DNA of 63,556 nt, counting the filler, from Rhabdomonas costata (Eukaryota), in assembly GCA_019059605.1 (NCBI GenBank). It is 41 parts of 41 records of this genome, joined end to end, with 100 filler letters (N's around TTAATTAATTAA, not from the genome) between each part and the next. Parts side by side here need not be neighbours in the genome. Positions count along the whole stretch, not along the records: positions 10,869 to 12,321 come from JAHMHO010015546.1; positions 12,422 to 13,875 come from JAHMHO010015547.1; positions 13,976 to 15,430 come from JAHMHO010015548.1; positions 15,531 to 16,984 come from JAHMHO010015549.1; positions 17,085 to 18,538 come from JAHMHO010015550.1; positions 18,639 to 20,092 come from JAHMHO010015551.1; positions 20,193 to 21,646 come from JAHMHO010015552.1; positions 21,747 to 23,195 come from JAHMHO010015553.1; 33 more parts are not named here. One strand, written 5' to 3'. Below, piece after piece: positions 11,980-23,190 of this stretch. The notes below the pieces were generated by a model. That model did not search any database. It saw only the letters and a program-made list of their open reading frames with translations, and was not told where the DNA came from. Numbering within the stretch: the stretch's first letter is position 1; the number at the start of each line of letters is the position of its first letter. The translations under genes were made by a program, and so were the position numbers.

Positions 11980-12652
11980 TGGTACACTGGGTTCATTAGA
12001 AATGCCATGTTCAATTTGATGAGGTTACATGCGATGAAACACCAACCCCAGACCCTGACCCCGAATTCCGACACCCAAGAAGGCAAAGAAGGCAACTGAA
12101 CCAACGAAGCTACGAGAGACCGAATACCGACGCACGAACCCCAAAGAGACACGACCCAGAACCCCAACAGAGACACGAATACCGGAAGGCACACTGACGT
12201 AGAGAAGCAACCCCGAAATACATCCCACAACACGAACCCAAAACCGAATTCCGAAAACATACACCGAAGCGAAAAATGACGCCAGGGTCAGAAACCACCA
12301 CCTTGGCATGAACCCACACCCNNNNNNNNNNNNNNNNNNNNNNNNNNNNNNNNNNNNNNNNNNNNTTAATTAATTAANNNNNNNNNNNNNNNNNNNNNNN
12401 NNNNNNNNNNNNNNNNNNNNNCAACCACATTGGGGGGGGGGTCAAACCATCATTCATCGAGCGACTCACCCAAACTCGATAACGAGTCAGCGTTTACCCT
12501 CTTCTCATATGCTTTCTCGCAGTCGTATGATTGGTTGTCAGTTTTACGCTCAATGCGTGCGGGTTTTTTTTGCTTTGAAGGGGCTCTGTTCGGACGTGTG
12601 CAGTTAGTATGGCATCCATCACTGAAATCTTTAATGCATATGTCTGCCTCAG

Positions 12653-13820
12653 GTCGACGAGGCGCAGCACCTCAAGAATGGCACAACGAAACTTTACTCG
12701 GCGCTGTCTGAGTTTGAGTGCAACAACTTCCGTCTTCTGATCACTGGGACGCCACTGCAAAACAGTTTGAAAGAGCTGTGGTACGCGTGTACTTTGCTCT
12801 CTGTTCTCTGTTCGGATCGGTTGCATTCGTGAGATGGGGCACTAATGTACTCGTCCACCAAATCCCAGCAAGCAAATAATGTCAATAGCAAAAAATCGTC
12901 CGATAGGCAATTCCCTACGCGACCGGATGGGTGCGGGGTGCGTCTCCTCTGAGGGTTGATAGGGACTTCAGCTGCACGGCGTACTGTATTCTGGATTCTA
13001 GTTTGTGATTGTTCTGGCCTTTTTTGTTGCAGTCATTGGATAATTAAAGGGCAGAAGCACCGGCTCCAAGTTGGTGCCTTCTTCTTCTTTTTCTTCTTTG
13101 GTCAAGCGGGGTTGAATGCTCTGTATCGTGGCTCCGGCCTGCTCATCCTGCATTCACAGGAGCCTGCTACACTTCCTGATGCCGCAGAAGTTCCCCAGCG
13201 CGGCGGACTTTGAGAGGAAGTACTCCATCCACACACCCCGCGCTGTGGAGGGCGAGGGGTGCTCTGTTGTGGTTCCAGACGCCCCCGCGGACAGCCTGCA
13301 GAGCGCTCGGATCGCCCAGCTGCACCGCGAGCTACAGCCCCACATACTGCGCCGGGTGAAGAAGGACGTCGAGCGCAGTCTGCCGAAGAAGATCGAGAGG
13401 ATTCTGAGGGTGGAGCTCAGCCCGCTGCAGAAAAGGCATGCCGGGGCAGAAACAGTAAAAGGAGAAAGAGGCGTGTCTCTTTCAAGGGGCCCGCGGGCCT
13501 GTGTTGAATGTAGAACTAGTAGGATGGTTTCTTGAAAACCATTTCAAACTCATCCTCAGCAGGCCGCCAAGAATTTACCGATAAACCCGGAGGATCATCG
13601 AAGAATCAAGACAGGAGTCCTACTTGGGTTTTGGAACTGTTGGCCAATAGAAGAATCGAGATTTTTGTCGAACCCGCTGCTGGCAGGAAACATGAATGAA
13701 TGAATGTGGAAACATGAAATGGGCAGGTACTCGCGGTGGATCCTGACTAGAAATTACCTAGAGCTCAACAAGGGTACCAGCCACACCTCCTTGCTGAACA
13801 TTGTGATGGAGCTGAAGAAG
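12653..13820 (+). CDS. CHD1/CHD2-like SNF2-family chromatin remodelling ATPase, three exons
   Basis: Exon 12653-12780 reads VDEAQHLKN...[17 protein letters not shown]. Exon 13160-13435 reads [11 protein letters not shown]...[35 protein letters not shown]. Exon 13727-~13820 reads [16 protein letters not shown]...[11 protein letters not shown]. These are classic CHD motifs. The second intron is GC-AG. Confidence 0.92.
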
Positions 13821-14520
13821 GTGTGGCTGGTACCCTTGTTGAGCTCTAGGTAATTTCTAGTCAGGACCCACCAACNNNNNNNNNNNNNNNNNNNNNNNNN
13901 NNNNNNNNNNNNNNNNNNNTTAATTAATTAANNNNNNNNNNNNNNNNNNNNNNNNNNNNNNNNNNNNNNNNNNNNGTGTGGTGTGGCTTGGGTGAAGTGG
14001 TAGGTGTGCGCAAAGGAGCCCCCTGAGAGCAGGGAACAAGACGGGGCCGGGAACGCGAGACGACACCGTCGAAGGGAACTGTAACAACGAACTTAATGAA
14101 CTAAGAAGACCACGATGCCATTTTGTAGCAAGGGCGGCATCCCGGGACTGGTGGACTGATGCACCGCCTTCCGCTTCTTTTTTTATTACGGTTCTTTTTC
14201 GAGCACGCGAAAGGCATCCGAACCAATGTATCGCTGGAAATTCTGGATGCCATGCTTTAGTGAGTCAGCTGGGAGAAGGCCCGATACCACAACGACGGCA
14301 GGCCGATCGGGAAGACTAGTCCAACGGTTTCGTGCGCACGCGCGAGCGGCAATGTGTTCTGATGGTTCCAACAGTGCTTGCTTTGTGAAAATTTGGTCTC
14401 AAAGCCTAATGTTCTAATTTTCCTTTTCGTATAGCAGTCCCACAAGGCATGTTGCGTTGCCATTGTGCTTGTGAACGACCAGGTGTGCACTAAAAAGCAC
14501 CGCCACACACAAAGGAATAC

Positions 14521-15098
14521 CGGTGCAGCCCTTCTGGTCGACGTCACAGGAGATTAGATACCTGCGCAAAACCCAAACCCACGGGGCGACACACTGCACC
14601 AATCCCCCCCGCAGTCCTCTGCACAGAAGCACACCAACGCCACACACTCTAACCTCCAATCACACACCCAACTGTACACACAGCTCTTGTTTCGCACCAG
14701 AGACCTAGTTCGGCATTTTTTCTCGCCGTGGGCAGGAAAGGGAAAGCGAGATTTCCCAACGTGGGCACGCCAAGGGTTTTGGGGTGTGGCCCCCTCACAA
14801 TCATCGCAAGGTAGGGTTAGGGTTAGGGTTAGGGTTAGGGTTGCAGGTGGACACAGAAAAAGACACTCAGTACTCAAGAGCATAACTACTGAAAAACGCA
14901 ATCCCTGCTTGAGGAGCTGAGACGGTTGGATCGGTTTTCGGTCACGATGAGTGAAAACTGAGTGGTGGGTCGCATGGGGGGAGGGTTGAGTTGGGCCACG
15001 CACTGCTCCGACAGGGAGAAGGCGGACTGAAAGGCCTTGCTTAGGGCGGTCTCCAGCATCCCCACCGTGGCGAACGCCCAGCAGCCTCCGCAGGAGCC
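14521..15098 (-). CDS. Papain-family (C1A) cysteine protease, two exons including the catalytic Cys
   Basis: Exon 15098-15004 (GSCGGCWAFATVGMLE...SLSEQ) and exon 14561-14521 (YLISCDVDQKGCTG) join in frame across a GTGCG...CAG intron. Confidence 0.9.
14812..14840 (+). repeat. Interstitial telomere-type repeat TAGGG(TTAGGG)4
   Basis: Read directly from the sequence. It lies inside the protease intron. Confidence 0.9.
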
Positions 15099-15990
15099 CT
15101 TTTGCACAGAAGCACCCATTTTTATCGCCTTAACCCCAACGTCAGCCGAAAAACCCATTCTTGGAATAGCTCCAAGGAAAGAGCTGTTGTTAAATCCAAT
15201 TCCGAAGTGCCCGGTTTCACAGGGAGCACTGAAGTTGGACAGCTGCTGACCGATTTCACCCCAAAGGACAGCCACAGTGATCAGCCTGCACAGGTCGGTC
15301 CAAGAACAAGTGTCAAGGGCAATATGTCTTGTCAACAACTGCCCTAACTGTAGAGGCCCTCCGTTGATCTCGCCGCCAGCACGATCGCGAGAACATTCGC
15401 TAATATATATAGCTAGCCGACAAACCACCCNNNNNNNNNNNNNNNNNNNNNNNNNNNNNNNNNNNNNNNNNNNNTTAATTAATTAANNNNNNNNNNNNNN
15501 NNNNNNNNNNNNNNNNNNNNNNNNNNNNNNGGTTGGTTTGAAGCTGATTACTGGAGGACTACAGAACCGGTCAGGCCTGCGGGACAAGGTTGGCCGAGAT
15601 AGGGGGAAGCTGTGCTTCCTTAGCATTGGCTTCCAAGTGAGGGCTCGAATTTGGGTAGAACCCAGGAGTGAAATGTTGTTCCCCATTGTTTGCGGTTCCA
15701 TCCCAACCTCCTTGAAGCGCAGAAAAGAAACATCAGCCAACTTTTTGACGTCAGCGGATTTTTGTCCCTTCCTTTGCATGCTGAGAGATGCAACGAAATG
15801 TTCGCTTCGATGAATTGACCTTCCCTTCTCTTTTGCACCCGCCCTCTCCCCGTAGATTTCATTGTCCTTCTCAAAGGTCCTCTTGCACCGAATGATCCGG
15901 GCGATGTCGCCACCTCCAACTCCCTCCCAAGTCGGCAAGCTGGTTTGTCCTTGCATTGACATGTGCCTTGCTCTTTCGGTGTGGATTCAG

Positions 15991-16212
15991 GTGGATAGTA
16001 TGGTGCAGGAGCTAGTGCGAGGGTTGGCTGAGCGAGGTATCAACCTCCCTTTGAAGCGAATCCAGCCTTGTGCCTACGGCATGGCTGGGAAGCGGTACAA
16101 CTTGGCAGTGGTGGGAGACCGCCTGGTGGTGAAGGTGGGCGGGGGTCACGTCAACTTTCTGGAGTTCCTCGTGCGCACTCATGCCCTCAAACCACAGAAG
16201 GAGGTGAGCTAA
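15991..16212 (+). CDS. Terminal exon encoding a GAS2-related (GAR) microtubule-binding domain
   Basis: After CAG: VDSMVQELV...LKRIQPCAYGMAGKRYNLAVVGDRLVVKVGGGHVNFLEFL...*. The V(R/K)VGGG..L/F.E(F/Y)L signature is that of GAR. Confidence 0.8.
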   Translation: MDSMVQELVRGLAERGINLPLKRIQPCAYGMAGKRYNLAVVGDRLVVKVGGGHVNFLEFLVRTHALKPQKEVS

Positions 16213-17084
16213 CTGAAACCATCCTTGGTCGCTGAGCTCAGTTCTTTCAGTTCACTTTGTGCGCTTTCTGCTGTAGATAACTATTCGAGTGTCGGTAGGA
16301 ACTGATTTCCGTGTGGGCATGCCGGGTCGCATCCCTCTCACCAATCTGTTTCTCCTGCTTTCTGTCTGCTGCCTTCCGTGCCCGCTGTATTGCTTTTGTT
16401 CTTTTCTGTGAATACCCTGTACAGAGTCGAATCATGTATGCCGGACGTCTCTGGGCGGCCCTTTGTTGTAGTTCTGGATGTTCGTGGAAAGTATCTTGGG
16501 AACTGCTCTGCCGGTGCAATGGGTTTTTTGGAGGAGGAGGAAGGGGGGAGGTAAACAGTTTAACGATTTAAGCGGTGAGGTACAGATTGTTGATTTTGTA
16601 GTTCCAGTTAAAGGTAGAGTTATTCGAAGGCCAGCGCCGTGGTTGGTCAATCGGCTGACCGGAGCGGCCAGCTGAGGCGAGGCGAGGCGAGGATTTTGTT
16701 TGGGGTGAATGGGGAGTTTATGGTCATGCGCACCAAAAGCGACATGTCTGTATATCTGTATGGGATTCTCGAGTGGCCCTGATTTCCCGCGTAGTCTTGT
16801 AAGACCTTTTCACATCCCCCACCCTTACCCCAGTGCACCAAACCCTTCTCTGCCCAGTGCGCGCCAACGTGCATAAAACCCTAGGGGACATTTCCGTCAC
16901 CCTCTAACCCTCTGTTGATATAACCCGGTGTGGTTCGCAAGGTTCACCCCACCCAGTGCAGATCAAATGGTGGTGGCACGGGAANNNNNNNNNNNNNNNN
17001 NNNNNNNNNNNNNNNNNNNNNNNNNNNNTTAATTAATTAANNNNNNNNNNNNNNNNNNNNNNNNNNNNNNNNNNNNNNNNNNNN

Positions 17085-18538
17085 AACATACGAGCGCAGC
17101 AGTCCGTCGCGGTGCAGTTCATCGACATGCAAGTTGTGCTCTCGTTGGAAACGTCGTACCCCGAAGGGCATGAGAAGTTGGCGCAGGTGGGATAACCTGA
17201 ACCCACCCCACTCGATCAACCAGAAGCAAAGCCAGAAAATACAAACCCCTTGCAGTGAAGCACCACGCGGATACAGCAGCCACTGAAAGGCTCCTCGGGC
17301 TATATTCTAAACACAAACTCAAGTCCAAACTACAAAAGGTGACCTACTTTCTATGACAACAACCAACCCTTTTGATAATCGAACCTGTGCTTAACCAAAA
17401 CTGGCCCAAAGCTAAAATACCCACATGAACGACGCGCGAGATGGAAAACATTGAGATTTTCATACGTGCACAGCAGTCAGCACTGCTGCAGGTCGCGGAG
17501 GAGCAGTACTCACTGGCGTTCTTTACTCCAAACCCCGAAGGGCAGGAATAGCTGGCGCACGTTGGATAGCCTGTATGAACACCAGCATGAATCCCAACCA
17601 ACAGGGAAGCTGGAACTGAAAAGGCAAGACAGCCAGCGTAGTAGGGGTTCACAAATTATCCGCACCGGTCCGGCCACGGTGCATTGAAACGGCCACGGTG
17701 CGCCGCACTCCAATAAAAAATGATCGAAGTCTGGAGCAGTATATCGATGCCACAAGGGTTAGCAACACTGACATCGGGGGGGGGGGCACCAACCGTAGTG
17801 CCTCTCTTCTCCACGGAACCTTGCCTCAGGTTTTGGGTTCCAGCGAGTTTCTTAGATTTAACGTGGACCCCATGACGACTTCTTTAGCTGCAGAGAGAGG
17901 TAAGCCGAAGCAGACCTGGGTCTTTGCATATACAGCAGGCGTCCCGAAACGCCGCGTGGACCGTCCTTGGGTCCGCTTTTCCCGACCTTTTACACTCGGG
18001 AGTTGTGGTGCCCCTTGGCAGCTCTTTCGTATCCCATTTGTGCCGCTTCTTGCCCCTCGCAGCGGACGGCTTACCACGTCACCCTTAGCACATGTCCTTC
18101 TTTGCTTCTTTGCTTTGCTCCTTTCCCCCTCCCATACGGACTCGCTCCTGCCTGCAGCGTTTTCATTCGTTTCGTGTTAGTTTGGACACTGAAGGACGTG
18201 AGTAAGACAGAGCAGAGTTTTTGCTGCTATATGTCATCATCAAACTGGTAGCCCGAGAGCGCATGAGCAGATCTTCCCTTCCCTCCTTTCCCCCATGTGC
18301 CCGCATCCCACAAAAAAGGAGACGACCATCGGCAGAAACATCCAACCACAATACTCTCCGTATATGGAAGGAACTTTCAGCGGAAGCACAAACACAACCA
18401 GAAAGGCAAACAACATACGAGCGCAGCAGTCCGTCGCGGTGCAGTTCATCGACATGCAAGTTGTGCTCTCGTTGGAAACGTCGTACCCCGAAGGGCATGA
18501 GAAGTTGGCGCAGGTGGGATAACCTGAACCCACCCCAC
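17085..18538. repeat. Collapsed tandem repeat (or circular contig) with a 1327-bp unit
   Basis: The first 127 nt (17085-17211) are identical to the last 127 nt (18412-18538), which is the signature of a k=127 de Bruijn loop. Confidence 0.85.
17092..18523 (-). CDS. Cys-rich repeat surface/secreted protein encoded as 105-nt phase-1/phase-1 exons
   Basis: Exons 18523-18419 (identical to 17196-17092; YPTCANFSCPSGYDVSNESTTCMSMNCTATDCCA) and 17570-17466 (YPTCASYSCPSGFGVKNASEYCSSATCSSADCCA). Each is flanked by CAG and GTATG, with 6 conserved Cys. Confidence 0.85.
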
Positions 18539-20522
18539 NNNNNNNNNNNNNNNNNNNNNNNNNNNNNNNNNNNNNNNNNNNNTTAATTAATTAANNNNNN
18601 NNNNNNNNNNNNNNNNNNNNNNNNNNNNNNNNNNNNNNCCCGCAACGAATCTAGGTGCTGTTGAGGTGTTTTGGGTTTAGTGCACGAAAAAAAAACGGAA
18701 TGTGTGTGTGCTTTTCCCGGGCTATCCAATGGAGGTGGGTTCGGACTGACGACGGCAGTAGCACCGGTAAAAAGACAATTGGCCCGGACAGCCCCCTCGA
18801 CGAAGTTGATATCGAATCCCAGAAGAGAAAGGTGATCTATACACCGCATTTTTCCTGGTTGCGGAACACGAAAAAACACTCACTACACACTCAATACACC
18901 TTAGATTGGACCCTTTAAGAGAAATGGTCGAAATTAGACCTTTTTGTATGCCTTGTGGTACCTTGGAAGGTTCAAAATCATAGGGGTGTGAAAATCCACA
19001 CGATCCACACAATTGACCTAACCTTATGGGTGCAGGTGTGTTTGATGTTGGAGGTGTAGAAAAGCGCGTTTTTACGTGGTGGAGCGTTTTGGGAGCCAGT
19101 TTTCATTGGGAAAATGGCCTTTTTTCATCACAGAGGCTTTATAAGAGGTCGAAATGAGCGATTTTGGGGCACTCTGGTTCAGCAGGAGAGATATCCGGGG
19201 AGGGGGGGATCTCCCCCTTCCCGCAGTACGTGTGAACCATACCGCTGCGTGTTGAGTTTCTTGGAGGTCGGACCGGATTTCCGGCGGGCCCCGCTGGGCG
19301 GAGTCGGCGGGGGGCTCACCACCCGGATCACGGGTGAGGTCTCCACCGAAACCAGCGGGGGCGCGGATGTGTACGCCGGCAGCGAGGTGGTCGAGACCGT
19401 GGGAGAGTAAAACTGTGAGAAGCCCGCCTTCACAATAAAACGAACCTCAGTCCCAGTCCTAAACTGAGTTGATGGGTTCATGAGTTAGTTTCGTTTTGCC
19501 GGGGTAGAGGGCGATGCATGCTCCAAGCTATGCCTTTTTCCGCTGGTTTCCAGCACAGTTATGGTCCACCCCCCACCCCCACAAGTGGGGGCGAACCGTG
19601 CAATGGTGGGGGTGTGGGGCTGTGTGAGCTAGGCTAGATAGGGCAGCCTAAATCCAGCCTGTATCCAGCCTGGCTGGACCATTGCATACAAGGGTACCCT
19701 CTATGTGGGCCTGTATAGGCCTATCGCGTTTTGGGTGCCTATGGGCATACTGTTTCGGGGCTCTTGTAATTTTTTTTGTGCGCGTGGGGAGGCCGACGGC
19801 GTTCAACGTTTAGCACAGATATTGACACCATTAAATGATCAAAAACATGTAAACACGAAAATCGTCATCTAAGCGGCAGTGAAACAGTATGCCAAACCAC
19901 CTTCCTAAAAAAACAACTTCCCTGAAACGCGAAACATTTTGGCGTTTAACCGTGTAAAACACTTAACAGCGTTAAACACAAAAAGTCAATTTGGGCATGC
20001 CCCACTCCATCTGTCCGTTCCGGCCGCACCGGGGGCTGGCTTCCGCGGGGTTGGCATCCACCTAAAATAATCCCAATTGATCCACAAACCCCNNNNNNNN
20101 NNNNNNNNNNNNNNNNNNNNNNNNNNNNNNNNNNNNTTAATTAATTAANNNNNNNNNNNNNNNNNNNNNNNNNNNNNNNNNNNNNNNNNNNNGGTTGTGT
20201 GGTGTCCATCAGCAAAGTTTTGTTGTACTCCATCCACACTACACGGCGGCGCTCCGCGAAGGGGTTCTGCCTCACTCGGCTTGACCTGCCGTCATACGCG
20301 TGGAGTCATGATCAGCAAAAAGTCCTCAAAAAAGCACTCACTGTGTACCAAATGTGTATCAAAAAGAATTCGATTGGGGGATGTTAAGAAAGCATAACTG
20401 AAGGACTTTCCCGTCCATCACTTGCATTGATGAGCGGGAAATAGACGCACGCACGCACGCACACACACACACACACTTGTCGGCAGGCAAGCTAGCTGAC
20501 TTCAGGGCAAAGGAACGAGAGC

Positions 20523-20900
20523 CCATCGTAGCGCGGTAGACGGTCTTGGACTTGCCCGCGCCAAGGTACTTCTCTGTGAGCAGGGACCAATAAAAACCGG
20601 CACTGCTGTAGTCTGCAGGCTACGGGCCTTGACCCAGAAAAAGGTATCAAGGATGAGTAGTGCACTGAGATTTCATTTGCCTAACGATATAACAATACCA
20701 ATCGCAGGTGCTCACGTGCAGCTCGTAAATGATTATTCCCAATTCACTTCAAAAACTATAACAAGTTAGGGGTAGGCGAGGTTCGGACCAAGCTTCAAGC
20801 TGGGGAAGTCCGAGCATCGCAGCAGGGGCTCTGGCAGTGAAGTCCGGTGGCAGAACGCAGGCTGCCCACGAGCCGTCTCGTCGGGATGGGCGAGGTGGTC
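20523..20900 (-). CDS. Protein kinase N-lobe fragment, PKDCC/POMK-like
   Basis: Exons 20900-20789 and 20573-~20523 splice to ...PEPLLRCSDFPSLKL|EKYLGAGKSKTVYRATM, containing a Gly-rich loop GxGxxKxVY. A probable upstream exon lies at ~21574-21459. Confidence 0.55.
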
Positions 20901-21899
20901 CTTAAGGGGAGGGGAGTAAAGCAAAATAAGGCTACTCCAAGCACCTCTCGCGAGTGTGGGGTAAGTGAAAGCGTTAGTGAGTGCGTATGTCGGAGACATA
21001 GAGAGAGGGTGAAGGTTCGAGAAAGATGGGACATTCGCATCACCTGCCCGCGCGCCCTGCTTTCAGCACACCCCCACTCACAAACACAGGTCAGGGTTGC
21101 ATCGACGATGCAAGGATGAATGTATTAACTAGATAGCGCACTGGCGAGGTGCTGTACTAGTCCTCTGAGCGCCCATTGCCCTTGACGCTATGCTTGCCAG
21201 TGTGGCAAAGATGCCCACAGACAATAAGAGCTTGGGCCCTGGGGTCAGAGCCACACATGGAGACATCTGACACATCTGGTGCACAAACATTAAGCGCAGT
21301 GTAGGATGAAAGTTCAATGCAATTCAGCGCGTGTGAGATCAACTGCAATGTCGTGGCAGAGGAGAGTTCAGAGTTTCCCGTCACAGAAAAATGGGGCAAT
21401 CCGAAAGGCTCTCACCCAAGCGTGCTGGAAAGTGGGAGGACATACCGCGGTGGAATACATGTCCAGAATCATCCGAGGGTCGAGCCCCGCGGTAATGTTG
21501 GGGTGCAGCTCTGGCTTCTGCCCAGCCTCGGAGAACAGCGCCGCGGTGGTGAGGTGGGGCTCGCCCTTGCCAGGCTGCGAGGCCACAGGCCACCGTCGCA
21601 CCAAATTGGGAAGAGCCCCGGGAAGGGTCGGTGCGGAGGGGGAGGGNNNNNNNNNNNNNNNNNNNNNNNNNNNNNNNNNNNNNNNNNNNNTTAATTAATT
21701 AANNNNNNNNNNNNNNNNNNNNNNNNNNNNNNNNNNNNNNNNNNNNTGTGGGGTGGGCGCATAAGGAACAAGCGGGGCCTCGATGGGATCAAGGGCGCTG
21801 TCGGTCCTGCTCTCTTCCCCACGTGCGCCCTTGCCGCAAAAGTGGCACTGTACATCTCCGATCGCTGCGTGTGTTGTCTTGGGAGGTGTGGAGCCTGGG

Positions 21900-23190
21900 A
21901 CCCCAAATACCTGGAGAAACCGGCGGTCTACAAAGATAGCGCTGGCTTTCGCTGCTCGGGACCGGTTTTGCCGTCAGTCCTGAGGGACTCCCTGACCTTT
22001 TGGATGTCAACATAGTGCCGCCTCTGGAAGAGGAAGCTCCGCCAGACTTTCTCGACCATTTGCCTCGGAAGACCGTAGCCACGGATTCTCCTGGAAATGT
22101 GCCAGACGACCCATAATAACTCAGCCAAGTTGTTCTCGTGGGCGAATGTGGCGTGATCTGGGTAGCGCACGATGTGGTGTGAGGGTATGACCCCTCCAGT
22201 TTATGCACTGTGGTGTTGAGGACCTTGGTGCTGTACTCCCGAACTTTCTCATAGAAGCGGACCCCCTAGATACACAACAGAGCTTCCCTTCGTTTTGGAC
22301 TTGTACTCCATGCCGTCGGCGTCTTGCGATGGGAGTGGAACCTTACATGTAAATATCGTCGATGTGGCGGCAAACCGCAAGAGATTTTCCGGACCCAAGA
22401 CAGTACGACTGCGCCTTTTCGACAGGGTAGCATGCCATGTTGGAAATATGCGTGGCAGCTGGCATTCCAATGGGCATCCCATTGATTTGTCGCAGAACAC
22501 ACCGCCAACGTTCACGTAGTTGTGCTCTATCAGGTCAGGATTTCTGCAACTTGGGATCGAGTGTATCAATTTCCTTTGTGGACCGCCACTTCGATCCGAG
22601 GGTTCCCGCTGGTTGACTAAGTCCCAAGCCTCATCGACAGCTTCAATGGTCCTTTCGACCGGAACTGGAAGGAGGTGTACAAGGTGCAAAAATCCACCGT
22701 CTCTTGCCACTTCTCGAGCACAACGTCTGCATTGGCTAGGACCATCAGTGTGAAAGCATTCACTCTGTCGATGTCACAGAACGCTTTGATTCCATCCTCC
22801 GACTTGCGGATCTTATCATTCTCACGCAGGGCGTCCTAGATGAGCTGGAAGATCCACACGAGGACCTTGTGGGGCTCGTAAAGTGGTTGTCGTGTACCAG
22901 CTGGCTTGATGGCAGAGTCTCGGAATCTCGGTACAGATGCAGCAATTGTATACAATTCCGTTTCCAGTGGTGAGTTCACATAGCTCGTTGAATTCTTTCA
23001 CCTCCTTAACAACATCGTCACAGTTCATGCCGAAGGGCTCAAAGACGTTATTATCAGCGAGGTGTTTCGCCATTTACCTCCGGTACCACCGCTTGTACAC
23101 CACAAAGAAACGGTTTGGTGCACGATCATCGAGGATGAATACCAAGTCTTGGGTGCATCTTGGATCAAGCCATCTGGTACACGACAACCC
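21900..23190 (-). mobile_element. Degenerate Penelope-like retroelement reverse transcriptase
   Basis: Motifs occur in the expected order across frameshifts and stops: DLVFILDDRAPNRFFVVYKRWY (~23140-23085), TVDFCTLYTS (~22700-22670), LIEHNYVNVGG, RQINGMPIGMPAATHISNMACY (~22490-22425), RHIDD (~22370-22355), VVYLG, RYP. No introns. Confidence 0.75.

Noticed and set aside
12046-12321. A/C-rich segment with overlapping minus-strand hydrophobic ORFs
   Set aside because: It follows a fold-back and has strongly skewed composition, consistent with concatenated degenerate primers. The ORFs are compositional artefacts.
13741-13866. Long hairpin as a miRNA precursor or regulatory RNA
   Set aside because: The second arm is an inverted copy of the CHD coding exon and runs into the contig end, so it is a fold-back chimera.
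16555-16600. AACGATTTAAG...TACAG as a spliced-leader RNA gene
   Set aside because: Only a few bases resemble a diplonemid-type leader. There is no full exon, donor or Sm site.
20445-20476. (GCAC)n/(AC)n and other (GT)n or (GA)n tracts
   Set aside because: These are ordinary intronic microsatellites.
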